A stretch of DNA of 19,985 nucleotides from Candidatus Ratteibacteria bacterium (GCA_046296715.1 JBKBIN010000024.1:1-19985); one strand, 5' to 3'. Counted from the first letter of the stretch, positions 1-9,444 are shown. Notes: generated by a model not told the origin, from the sequence alone. Made by a program: numbers and translations.

Positions 1-870
1 ATTGGTAAGATATGGGCAACTGTCGATTTTGATAGAAAGATCGATGGAAAGAAAGAATTGATTGTGACAATAGGAAGTTATTTAAAAATTCTTAATTCAG
101 ATTTGAATGAAATTATGTCTTATAATTTGAATGATAATATCAAGAAAGTTATTGTTTCAGATATAAATAATGATGGAATAATAGAAATAATTGCTTCTTC
201 TGCAACAAAGACATATATTTTAAGACCAACAACAAGTAATGATTTACCAAATGCTCCAACAAATTTAAAGTGTGAACGTGGTATAAACTATGTTACTATT
301 TCATGGAATTATGTGCCAAATATAGCAAAATTAAGTGGATTTAAGATTTATAGAGGTTTAAATACTTCTAACTTGGAACTTGTTAAAGTGGTTGAAAATC
401 CAAATGCAAGGACAACGACTGATACTCCTCCTTCTGAAGGTCATTGGTATTATAAAGTGAGTTCATTTAATGATTTTGGAGAAGTAGATTGTGTAAATCC
501 ACCAAGTTATTTGATTGAGTATAGACAAGCAATTCCAGAAGAGGAAGGAGGAGGTTGTTTCATTGCAACTATCTGTTTTGGTGAGAATAGTTGGCAAGTT
601 AAAATATTGAAAGAGTTTAGAGATAGGATTTTACTCAAATCTAATTTTGGTAGGAAGTTTGTCAAATTTTATTATAAGGTTTCACCTCAAATTTCTGAAT
701 ATTTAAAAAATCATAAGTTTCTCATATTGACTACAAAAATTCTACTTTATTTTGTTATTATCTTTATAATGCTTTTAATGTCTGAATTTTTAATGTATAC
801 TTTTATAACTGGCTTTATTATTTTACTTTGGATTAGAAAGAAAGGAACAAATAGGAGGTTAAAAGTATGA
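1..870 (+). CDS. 5'-truncated surface/secreted protein: FG-GAP-like repeats + fibronectin type III domain + C-terminal CFI-box-CTERM-like tail with membrane anchor
   Basis: Frame 1 is open from base 1 (IGKIWATVDFDRKIDGKKELIV...), so the TTG at 58 is probably internal. FG-GAP-like motifs are DFDRKIDGKKELIV and DINNDGIIEIIA. The FN3 pattern is PNAPTNL..VTISW..GFKIYR..YYKVSSFNDFGE. The tail is GGGCFIATICFG...FRD...GRKFVKFYY..SP, then a hydrophobic stretch and RKK. Confidence 0.85.
   Translation: MGKIWATVDFDRKIDGKKELIVTIGSYLKILNSDLNEIMSYNLNDNIKKVIVSDINNDGIIEIIASSATKTYILRPTTSNDLPNAPTNLKCERGINYVTISWNYVPNIAKLSGFKIYRGLNTSNLELVKVVENPNARTTTDTPPSEGHWYYKVSSFNDFGEVDCVNPPSYLIEYRQAIPEEEGGGCFIATICFGENSWQVKILKEFRDRILLKSNFGRKFVKFYYKVSPQISEYLKNHKFLILTTKILLYFVIIFIMLLMSEFLMYTFITGFIILLWIRKKGTNRRLKV
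547..603 (+). repeat. Copy 1 of the duplicated CFI-box coding segment (paralogous to 3843-3899)
   Basis: Manual alignment gives 48/57 nt identity with 3843-3899; 6 of the 9 differences are synonymous. Confidence 0.9.
853..859 (+). promoter_or_regulatory. Shine-Dalgarno for the S8 protease gene
   Basis: AGGAGGT 7 nt upstream of ATG 867, which overlaps the upstream stop (ATGA). Confidence 0.8.
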
Positions 871-3800
871 AGAAAATATTTATATTTTTTTTATTTCTTT
901 CTATTTTTTCTTTTTCACAGGAAAGATGGGAAAAGAAGAAATTGGATATTCAATATGTTCCTGATGAAATTATAGTTAAGTTTAAAAATTCTCAAGTTGT
1001 AAATTTAATATGTGAAAAATATAATCTTGAAATAAAGAAAATACTCGGGATAATTGAAAACCTTTATGTTTTAAAAATTAAAGATGGAGTTAGTGTTGAA
1101 AGAAAAATAAGTGAAATGAAAAAGGAAGAAAATATTTTATACATTGAACCTAATTATATTTTTAAACTTTTTTCTACAACTCCAAATGACCCTGATTTTA
1201 CTTTACAATGGGGACTTACAAAAATAAAAGCAGAACAAGCATGGGATATAACCCAAGGCGATACTTCAATTGTAGTTGCTATACTTGATACTGGAATTGA
1301 TTATACACCAGGGCCGATATCGGGCGGAGTTGACAGGAAACATCCAGACCTTGGGGATAATATGTGGGTAAATAAGAATGAATTGATATTTAATCAAATT
1401 ATATATAATTACATTGATGACGATAGAAATGGATACGTTGATGATTTTTATGGAATAAACCCTACAATTTCAAATACACAAAGTTATCAAAGAGGAGCAC
1501 CATCTGAATTTATTGAGCCAGAAAGTGGTATTTATAGAGGACATGGAACACATGTAGCAGGAATAATAGGTGCGGTTGGAAATAACGGAATTGGTGTTTC
1601 TGGCGTTAATTGGTATGTTGGTCTTATGCCTTTAAAAATAGGGGCTTCTTCTGGAAATATAACAATTGATTGGATTACTGAGTGTATTGAATATGTATTA
1701 AAGAAAAAAGACCAGGGAGAAAATATTGTTGCTGTTAATGCCTCATTTGGGAATTATGTTAGAACACAATTACTTGAAGAAGCAATAAAAAAACTAATGG
1801 AAAAAGGTATTTTATTTATAGCAGCAGCAGGTAATGATTTGATTAATATTGATTATCATCCTACTAATCCTGCTGGGATTTATCTTCCAAATATAATAAC
1901 TGTCCTTGCTACAGATATAAATGATAATCCAGCAATTTTTTCTACATTGGGCTCAGGCACAAATTATGGAAAATATAAAGTTCATATTGGAGCACCTGGA
2001 AAAGATATATATAGCACACTTCCAACAAATTCATATGGATACAGAAGTGGAACAAGTATGGCAGCACCCTTTATTTCAGGTCTTGCTGCTTTAATTAAAT
2101 CAAAATTTCCTGATTATAATTGGATAAAAATAAAAAATTTAATATTATCAAGTGGAGATGATATTAATTCTCTAAAAGATATTTCAATAACTGGCAAAAG
2201 AATAAATGCTTTTGATGCTGTATCTCCTAAAGGGAAAACTGTTTTAGCGAGATTAAGACCTATTGGAGATAAAGTTTCTTGTTATTATAAAGATACACTT
2301 GATATTTCTGCTTTGCATATAAGAGATTCTGACCCAAATGGACAAGTTACTATTAATCTTGATTCAGGAGAAATTTTAACTCTTTATGATGATGGAAATG
2401 GCTTTGATATTGTAAGTAATGATGGAATATATTCTGGTCGTTATACTTATGAAGATACTGGTAAAAAAAGATTTAGATTCCCAAATGGCGATTCATTTGA
2501 ATGTTTTTTCTTAAAGGGCTATAACTATTATGAAACTGGTTTTATATGGGAAGATATCACTAATTTAGGAATAAATTTGAATTTAATTGATAATCAAGTA
2601 ATAAAAATAGATTCTCCATTTCCTATAAAATTTGGTGGTTATGAACCTGGATTTACAGATATTTATATTGACTCTAATGGGATTATAAGTTTTTTTGGCG
2701 ACATTAAAAATTATTATTGGACAAATAATTCTCTATTTGGTATTCCAGATAGTTGTCTTAATGTTCAGATTTCTCCATTTAGAGACGATTTAAAACCTTT
2801 AGGGACTAACAATGTTTATTATGGAGTTATTGGAGATGCACCAAACAGGAAACTTGTTATAGAATGGAGAGATGTTTTACATTATAATGTAGGAGGAACA
2901 AACGGAGTGACTTTCCAGGTTGTATTTTTTGAAAATAAATCAGATATACTTTTTAATTATAAAGATGTTGAATTTGGTAATATAATTTATGATAATGGAG
3001 CAAATGCTTGTGTAGGAATCCAAGTAAGTAATAAATCTGGAAAGTTATTCAGCTATCGTTGGCCATTTTTAAGAAATAATATGTCTCTTTATTGGGTTAT
3101 TGAAGATTTACCAAAACAATTACAGAAACCAACAGGTTTAAAAGCAATAGGAGGGGAAAAAAGAATTGAACTAAGATGGGATCCATTAACCTTTTCAAAT
3201 CATACTGGTTTTGAAATAAGGAGAAAACATCACACAATCTTAAATCCATATGATAATTATGTAACAATTGCATATGTTAGTGCAGATGCAACTACTTATG
3301 TTGATACTACTGTTTATTCAGATAGTAGACCTTATTATTATGTTATAAGAGCAATTAATCAATTTACAGGAGAAATTAGTGAAGATTCAGATGAAGTATG
3401 GGGAATTCCAACTGCATTTCCAGTTGTTGAAAATCCTACAGAACTTCAGGCTTATGTAGGTTGGAATTCTTTAGTAGTTCAATGGAGTGATAATACTCAA
3501 AGTGAAAGTTATTATTATATAGAATTTTGGAAAAATAGAAAACCAGATGATACTTCATTTCCAGATACAACATTACAGGTAATTGCAGATAATGTTTATA
3601 ATTATCAAACAGGTCTTTGTGAAGTTATAATCTATGATACTCATATTCTATGGACAAAGGCAAGATGGTATATAAGAGTTAGAGCGCAACATAGAAATGC
3701 ATTTTTAGGATATTCCTGGTATGCAAAACCAAGTCCTAATTTTCCTAATAAAGAAACCATCCCAGATATTTATACAGCAGATCAGAAAACAAAATATTAC

Positions 3801-4142
3801 TATATATGGGTTGATACAGCAGGAATTCCAACACAACAAACTGGTGGAGGTTGTTTCATAACAAGTGTCTGTTTTGGAGAAAATAGTTGGCAGGTAAAAT
3901 TATTCAAGAATTTCAGGGATAATTTTTTGGCTAAAAATATATATGGTAGGAAATTTATTAATTTTTATTATAACCATTCTCCAAGTTTTGCTGAATTTTT
4001 AAGGCATAACAATTTTCTAATAGTTCCTGTTAAAATATTCCTTTATATCATTTTATTTTTGCTCTATCTTATTATGACTGGTATTTTGCCCTATCTTATT
4101 CTTTTTGGAAGTTTAATTTTGTTAATTAAAAGGGTAAAATAA
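867..4142 (+). CDS. Secreted multidomain subtilisin-family (S8) serine protease with CFI-box-CTERM-like tail
   Basis: Signal peptide MKKIFIFFLFLSIFSFS and prodomain (YVPDEIIVKFK...YIEPNY). Catalytic triad: D141 (VAILDTGID), H226 (GHGTHVAGIIGA), S397 (SGTSMAAP); oxyanion motif AAGND. These are followed by an LYDDG..D..NDGIYSG module, a beta-rich domain, FN3-like domains and the GGGCFITSVCFG tail with hydrophobic end and KRVK. Confidence 0.95.
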   Translation: MKKIFIFFLFLSIFSFSQERWEKKKLDIQYVPDEIIVKFKNSQVVNLICEKYNLEIKKILGIIENLYVLKIKDGVSVERKISEMKKEENILYIEPNYIFKLFSTTPNDPDFTLQWGLTKIKAEQAWDITQGDTSIVVAILDTGIDYTPGPISGGVDRKHPDLGDNMWVNKNELIFNQIIYNYIDDDRNGYVDDFYGINPTISNTQSYQRGAPSEFIEPESGIYRGHGTHVAGIIGAVGNNGIGVSGVNWYVGLMPLKIGASSGNITIDWITECIEYVLKKKDQGENIVAVNASFGNYVRTQLLEEAIKKLMEKGILFIAAAGNDLINIDYHPTNPAGIYLPNIITVLATDINDNPAIFSTLGSGTNYGKYKVHIGAPGKDIYSTLPTNSYGYRSGTSMAAPFISGLAALIKSKFPDYNWIKIKNLILSSGDDINSLKDISITGKRINAFDAVSPKGKTVLARLRPIGDKVSCYYKDTLDISALHIRDSDPNGQVTINLDSGEILTLYDDGNGFDIVSNDGIYSGRYTYEDTGKKRFRFPNGDSFECFFLKGYNYYETGFIWEDITNLGINLNLIDNQVIKIDSPFPIKFGGYEPGFTDIYIDSNGIISFFGDIKNYYWTNNSLFGIPDSCLNVQISPFRDDLKPLGTNNVYYGVIGDAPNRKLVIEWRDVLHYNVGGTNGVTFQVVFFENKSDILFNYKDVEFGNIIYDNGANACVGIQVSNKSGKLFSYRWPFLRNNMSLYWVIEDLPKQLQKPTGLKAIGGEKRIELRWDPLTFSNHTGFEIRRKHHTILNPYDNYVTIAYVSADATTYVDTTVYSDSRPYYYVIRAINQFTGEISEDSDEVWGIPTAFPVVENPTELQAYVGWNSLVVQWSDNTQSESYYYIEFWKNRKPDDTSFPDTTLQVIADNVYNYQTGLCEVIIYDTHILWTKARWYIRVRAQHRNAFLGYSWYAKPSPNFPNKETIPDIYTADQKTKYYYIWVDTAGIPTQQTGGGCFITSVCFGENSWQVKLFKNFRDNFLAKNIYGRKFINFYYNHSPSFAEFLRHNNFLIVPVKIFLYIILFLLYLIMTGILPYLILFGSLILLIKRVK
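3843..3899 (+). repeat. Copy 2 of the duplicated CFI-box coding segment (paralogous to 547-603)
   Basis: Encodes GGGCFITSVCFGENSWQVK versus GGGCFIATICFGENSWQVK in copy 1. Confidence 0.9.
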
Positions 4143-4145
4143 TTA

Positions 4146-4934
4146 ATGATGAAAAAGGGGATTTTTGTATTAATAGTTAGTTTAAATATTCTATTTTCAA
4201 AAGAGTCAATAATCTTAAAGAGGAATATTTTTACAGCACCTTTACCTCCACCACCTTCTCCAAAGATTGAAACAACAAGTATTTTAAAACCAGCTCCTTT
4301 ACCTGCTCTTGAGACATTAATAGAAATTTCTGGGATTGCTTATTTTCCATCTGGTTGTTCTTTTGTAATAATTAAAGATAAAAAAACAAATATTGAAAAT
4401 ATTTATAAAGAAGGAGAAAAAGTTGGTGAAAGTAAAATTATTAAAATATTAAAGGATAAAGTTGTTTTTGAATATGATGGTAAGAGTATTTCTTTAAATC
4501 TTGAAAATAAATCATCAAGCACTTCTCTTGTAATATCAAAGGAAGAGGGTCCAAAAGTTACAATCTCTCCTAAACTACCAGAGGCACCAAAAGTTCCAGA
4601 AGAACTTCTTTCATTTGATGTTGATTTCAACAATACAATTTCTGCACTTATAACAGATAGAAAGTTAATGGAAAATTTAAGTGTGACACCAAATGTAATT
4701 GAAGGGAAAGTTGAAGGTTTTAAAGTTTCAAACTTACCAGAGGATAGTTTACCTTATAAATATGGTTTAAGAAATGGTGATATAGTAAAAAGAGTAAATG
4801 GAGTTATTATAGATAGTATAAATACTGCTTTTAAAGTTTATAATCAAATAAGGAATTCAAATACTCAAATTGTTACTGTTGAAATTCTAAGAGATAATAA
4901 ACCAATACTTCTTACCTACCGTCTTAATAGATAA
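4146..4934 (+). CDS. gspC: Type II secretion system protein C-like (GspC; HR domain + C-terminal PDZ)
   Basis: N-terminal hydrophobic segment, RNIF motif and Pro-rich linker. HR-like domain ISGI...FVIIKD...YKEGEKVG..KIIKILKDKVVFEYDG. PDZ GKVEGFKV...YGLRNGDIVKRVNG...VEILRDN. Confidence 0.8.
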   Translation: MMKKGIFVLIVSLNILFSKESIILKRNIFTAPLPPPPSPKIETTSILKPAPLPALETLIEISGIAYFPSGCSFVIIKDKKTNIENIYKEGEKVGESKIIKILKDKVVFEYDGKSISLNLENKSSSTSLVISKEEGPKVTISPKLPEAPKVPEELLSFDVDFNNTISALITDRKLMENLSVTPNVIEGKVEGFKVSNLPEDSLPYKYGLRNGDIVKRVNGVIIDSINTAFKVYNQIRNSNTQIVTVEILRDNKPILLTYRLNR

Positions 4935-7210
4935 TGAAAAGGTTGACTTGTTTTTTGACTGCTTTATTTTTCTATTTTTCATATTTGAATTGCGAAGAAA
5001 ATATTATTGAAAAAGTTAAAAGAAAATTTAATGAGAAGGACTATAAAACTGTAGTAAATATTTTAGAGAAAGAAAAAATTAAAGATTACCCAGAATTAAG
5101 TTATTATCTTGGTATTTCCTATTATAATCTCAAAGATTTTGATAATGCAAGGTTAAATCTTGAGAATTTTATTTACAAAACAACTTTTTCTGAAGGCCCT
5201 TCTATCATTAATGAAACCTTAAGAGTTCTTTTTGAAATTTATTGGCAAAGTAAAAAAATAGAAGAAATTATTAAACTTGGTAATTATGTTTTAGAAAAAA
5301 TTCAAGACAACCAGAAATTTTCATATATCATACAAAATATAAAAAATAATCTCATTCGTGCTTATAATGAAAGAGGGAACAATTTTTTCTGGTCAAAGGA
5401 TTATTATAAAGCAATAGAAAATTATAATCTTTCAATAAAACTGTATCCGAATGACTATAATATAAAAGAACGACTTGCAGAGTCATATTACAATATTGGA
5501 GAATACGAAAAAAGTAAAGAACATTTTTTAGATGTGATTAGAAATGAAAAAAATAATTGGTATATATTGTTTCTTTCAATCTCTTTTTATAGAGAAATTT
5601 CAAATAAAGAGGAAAAGTTTTCAACTTTAAATTCTTTACAAGATGATTCGCTTGCTTATAAAATTTTTAAAAGTTTTGAAAGTTTTGAAAATAGGATGAC
5701 TGAAAATGGCTTTAAAATTTTAAAGGACGAAGAAGAAAAAAGGAAGACAAATGGAGATATAACTTTCAATATAATAAATAAAATTTTCCCATATGATTTG
5801 AAATCAAGTGATGTTTACTTAGAATTTATAAAAACATATCCAAATTCTCCAAGAAATAATTGGATTATAAATAATTTGTTCAATACAATTGTAGATGAAA
5901 ATGAAAGAAAAATTTTAGAAGATTATTTCTTAAATTTATTTGATGAATTGCTAAAAGACCAAAATAATAAAAAGACAGCGGTTGAATTTATAAAAACTTT
6001 TATTGAAAGAAGGTTTGATAGGCGCCTTCTATCAATTGATGATTTTCTTGACAAGATAAATATGTTTGAAAAGTTTCTGTCAAAAATAGATGAAGATAAA
6101 TATAAAGAAGATATAATAAGAAGAATAGCAGATAACTATAAAAGAATAGAAGAGTATGAAAAAGCGATAGATTATTATACCAAGTTAGCAGAGTTAACAG
6201 AAAAAGAGGACTATAATTTCCTAATTGCTGAATGTTATTTTTTATCAGGGAATATAGAACAAGCAGAAAAAATTGTTGATGTTTTTTTAAATAAGAACAA
6301 AGAGAATGAAAATGCCAAACTTTTACTTGCAAAGATATATTTAGAAAAAGGAGAAATAAAAAAGGCATCTGAAGTTTTAAAAGAAATTGAAGCAAATATA
6401 AAGAATAAAAGTTTGTTAAGGGAGATAGAAAGTTTAAAAAATAATTTTTTTGAAATGAAAGATGTCTCTGAAAATCTTCTTTATATAATTTTCAGAAAAA
6501 TTGATTCAAATTCTTCAAGGTTAATTCCTGAAGATAGAATAACTTTTTTAAATCAGTTAACTAAGGAGATAGAGTTTTATATAAATTCAGGTGTTGAAAA
6601 AGAAACAAAATTTACTTTGAGATGTAAAATTGATGGGATTGAATTTTCAAGTGAACCATATGTTATGATTGAAAAAGATAAAGAAGATTTTTATTTTACA
6701 TGGGAAGGCGATATTTCTATTGATAAAAATAATTTAAAGAAGAAAAATCTTTATAAAGTTTTTTATCCAGTTAGAGAAATTAACGCTGAAGATTTTGATT
6801 TAAAATATAAAAATGAAATAATTGAGAATAAATTTATTTTAAGTTTTGATTTTAATTTAAAAGACATTGGCTGGGAGATAAGTATAAAAAATTTTAGGAA
6901 TTATGAGAGACCTATTAAAATTGAGCCGAAACCACTGAGAGAGGAAGGGAATTTAATTTTCTGGAATGTAAATGATAAAAATTTTAGAATAACAATTGAG
7001 TATCCTGAAAATAAAAGTATAATCTTTTATTTTCCTGAAATAGAAATAAGAAAGAAAAAAATTGAAGAGAAGATAATTGACAGGGAAGAAAAAATTTTTA
7101 ACATTGAAAATTTTGAATTAATAATTGATGATTTTTTGCCTGAAAATGTAAAAATTGTTGAAGAAAATATAAAGATTTATAGTATTAGGGAAAGGATATT
7201 TAGAAAATGA
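4934..7210 (+). CDS. Exported tetratricopeptide repeat protein
   Basis: Signal peptide plus several TPR motifs (YYLGISYYNLKDFDNA, AYNERGNNFFWSKDYYKAIENY, LAESYYNIGEYEKS, IADNYKRIEEYEKAIDYY, LLAKIYLEKGEIKKA); beta-rich C-terminus of unknown family. TAATG overlap with gspC. Confidence 0.85.
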   Translation: MKRLTCFLTALFFYFSYLNCEENIIEKVKRKFNEKDYKTVVNILEKEKIKDYPELSYYLGISYYNLKDFDNARLNLENFIYKTTFSEGPSIINETLRVLFEIYWQSKKIEEIIKLGNYVLEKIQDNQKFSYIIQNIKNNLIRAYNERGNNFFWSKDYYKAIENYNLSIKLYPNDYNIKERLAESYYNIGEYEKSKEHFLDVIRNEKNNWYILFLSISFYREISNKEEKFSTLNSLQDDSLAYKIFKSFESFENRMTENGFKILKDEEEKRKTNGDITFNIINKIFPYDLKSSDVYLEFIKTYPNSPRNNWIINNLFNTIVDENERKILEDYFLNLFDELLKDQNNKKTAVEFIKTFIERRFDRRLLSIDDFLDKINMFEKFLSKIDEDKYKEDIIRRIADNYKRIEEYEKAIDYYTKLAELTEKEDYNFLIAECYFLSGNIEQAEKIVDVFLNKNKENENAKLLLAKIYLEKGEIKKASEVLKEIEANIKNKSLLREIESLKNNFFEMKDVSENLLYIIFRKIDSNSSRLIPEDRITFLNQLTKEIEFYINSGVEKETKFTLRCKIDGIEFSSEPYVMIEKDKEDFYFTWEGDISIDKNNLKKKNLYKVFYPVREINAEDFDLKYKNEIIENKFILSFDFNLKDIGWEISIKNFRNYERPIKIEPKPLREEGNLIFWNVNDKNFRITIEYPENKSIIFYFPEIEIRKKKIEEKIIDREEKIFNIENFELIIDDFLPENVKIVEENIKIYSIRERIFRK

Positions 7211-9444
7211 AAAAGTTATTATTATTTCTTTTGATGTTATCTGTTTCTATTTTCTGTGAAATTATTTTTGATTTTGAGGAAGATATAGATGGTTGGAAAG
7301 TAGATCCAGAAATTTTTAAAATATATTCATCAGAGAGATATTCAAATACAGGGAAATATTCTTTATGCACAGAAGTTAAGAATTCAAGAAATTTAAGGAT
7401 TTTTTATACAAAAAATTTAAATCTCAAGTTTTATGATTCTATTTCCTTTAAAATTTATATCCCAGAGGAAACTGGAATTGATGGAGAATTTATAGTTTAT
7501 ATGAAAGATGATGAATATAATTGGTTTGAAACAGGAAAAATAAGAATAAAGAGAGGGGAAGAGAAAAGAGTGGTTCTTGATTTAATAGACAATTCTAATG
7601 TATGGCAACCTGTTTCTTCTTTAAAAGCTTTTGATAGTTATGTTAAGGAAAATATAAGTGAATTTGGGATAATAATATGGTTTGGAGATATATATAATGG
7701 CGAAGTTTATCTTGATTCTTTTGAAGTGTTTAAAAAAGAAAAAGGGATAAATTTTTTTATTTATAATTTTAGGGAAAACTCAAAAAAAATAGGAAGATAT
7801 GAAAAGTTTGAGTTAACATTTGAAATACCGATTATTTTTGAAAATCCATTTAATCCTGATATAAAAATAAAAGGAGTTTTTGTTTCTCCCACTGGCAAAT
7901 TTTATGAAATTCCTGCATTTTTTTATCATGATTATTTAAGAACAATTTATGATGAAGGAGAAAAGTTAATTCCTTATGGAAAAAGTGAATGGAAAATAAG
8001 GTTTACTCCTGAAGAAATAGGGATATACAAATATAAAATAAAAATTAGGAAAGATAACCAAGAAGAATTTGAAATATATACAGGAAATTTTGAAGCGATT
8101 GAAAGTGACAAAAATGGATTTGTTAACTGGGATAAAAATGATAAATATTATCTTTCTTTTTCCAATGGTAAATTTTTTTATCCTATAGGACATACTTTAA
8201 GATCTCCAGATGATGAAAGAAGTGCTTATAATTATGAATTTACTTATAGAAAAGGACTTGGAACTTTTGCCTATGATAATTATTTTAAGAAAATGATGGA
8301 AAATGGAGAAAATTATACTCGCGTTTGGATGGGTGCCTGGTGGGTAGGAATTGAATGGAATTATAATTATGCGCCTCATTATAAAAACATTGGTAGATAC
8401 AGCTTAGAAAATTCATGGAAACTTGATTACTTATGTGATATTGCTGAAAAATATGGTATTTTTATTGATTTGACACTAATTAACCATGGACAATTTAGCA
8501 TTCATCCTGATGCAGAATGGTGGGACAATCCTTATAATGAAATAAATGGTGGTTTTTTAAAATCACCTGACGAATTTTTTGTAAATCAAAAAGCAATTGA
8601 ATATTTTAAGCAAAGATTAAATTATATTGTTTCAAGATGGAGTTATTGTCCAAATATTGTTTTCTGGGAATTGTGGAATGAAGTTGATTTAACAGGTTTC
8701 TATTCTTCTGAAAAGGTTAGATACTGGCATAAAATAATATATCCTTATCTTAAATCAATAGACCCTTATAAAAGACCAATTACAACACATTATTGTAGAA
8801 GAGAAGATGACCCTATGGTATGGATAATTCCTGAACTTGAATCACTTGTTGGTAATGCATATCATAATTTAATTGTTGATAGTGTAAAGGACTATTATGA
8901 AAAAAGGAAATTTTATGGAAAACCAATTTTTATAAATGAATTTGGCGTTGGAAGAGACAGGATTTTTCTTGAAGATAATCTACATGGTGGTATATGGTCT
9001 TCTTCTATGATGCCAATGTTTGGAGTTGCTTTATTCTGGTGGTGGCCATTTATTGAAAATTTTAACTTATATTTTCATTATAAAAGTCTTTCAAAATTTT
9101 GGGAAAATGAAGAAAGAAGGAACAAATTTTTACAAGTATCAGATGGTAAGATTAAAGGAAAGGATGTTGATTTTGTTGGTATTCAGAATAAAGAAGAGGG
9201 CTTTTTCTGGATATTTGATAAAAAAATATTTAACAGTCAAGTTAAAAGAATTAAACCAATAGAAATAAAGGATGCTGTATTAAAATTAAATGGATTTTTG
9301 CCAGGGAAGTATAAGATAGAGTTCTGGGATACATATAAAGGAGAAATAATAAAAGAGATTATTTATGAAAACTCAAAAGATTTTTTAATTCCTATTATTC
9401 CATTTGAAAGAGATATTGCTTTGAAAATAAAGAAGGAAAAATGA
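7207..9444 (+). CDS. Exported glycoside hydrolase (clan GH-A, GH5-like) with N-terminal CBM-like and DUF5060-like domains
   Basis: Signal peptide and jelly-roll-like N-terminus (FDFEEDIDGW...VYLDSFEV). DUF5060-like segment YEKFELTF...NPFNP...F.SPTGK...PAFF...WKIRFTP. Putative acid/base E492 (WELWNEVD) and putative nucleophile E578 (PIFINEFG). Confidence 0.8.
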   Translation: MKKLLLFLLMLSVSIFCEIIFDFEEDIDGWKVDPEIFKIYSSERYSNTGKYSLCTEVKNSRNLRIFYTKNLNLKFYDSISFKIYIPEETGIDGEFIVYMKDDEYNWFETGKIRIKRGEEKRVVLDLIDNSNVWQPVSSLKAFDSYVKENISEFGIIIWFGDIYNGEVYLDSFEVFKKEKGINFFIYNFRENSKKIGRYEKFELTFEIPIIFENPFNPDIKIKGVFVSPTGKFYEIPAFFYHDYLRTIYDEGEKLIPYGKSEWKIRFTPEEIGIYKYKIKIRKDNQEEFEIYTGNFEAIESDKNGFVNWDKNDKYYLSFSNGKFFYPIGHTLRSPDDERSAYNYEFTYRKGLGTFAYDNYFKKMMENGENYTRVWMGAWWVGIEWNYNYAPHYKNIGRYSLENSWKLDYLCDIAEKYGIFIDLTLINHGQFSIHPDAEWWDNPYNEINGGFLKSPDEFFVNQKAIEYFKQRLNYIVSRWSYCPNIVFWELWNEVDLTGFYSSEKVRYWHKIIYPYLKSIDPYKRPITTHYCRREDDPMVWIIPELESLVGNAYHNLIVDSVKDYYEKRKFYGKPIFINEFGVGRDRIFLEDNLHGGIWSSSMMPMFGVALFWWWPFIENFNLYFHYKSLSKFWENEERRNKFLQVSDGKIKGKDVDFVGIQNKEEGFFWIFDKKIFNSQVKRIKPIEIKDAVLKLNGFLPGKYKIEFWDTYKGEIIKEIIYENSKDFLIPIIPFERDIALKIKKEK

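Noticed and set aside
58..60. TTG start of the first ORF as given in the track
   Set aside because: The frame is open to base 1 and encodes a further FG-GAP-like motif; no signal peptide follows 58. The true start is probably upstream of the window.
4934..7260. Possible lipoboxes in the TPR protein (YLNC) and the glycosidase (SIFC)
   Set aside because: Neither fits [LVI][ASTVI][GAS]C. The Cys occupies the same position as Ser in neighbouring signal peptides, so it is more likely the SPase I -1 residue. Not excluded without SignalP.
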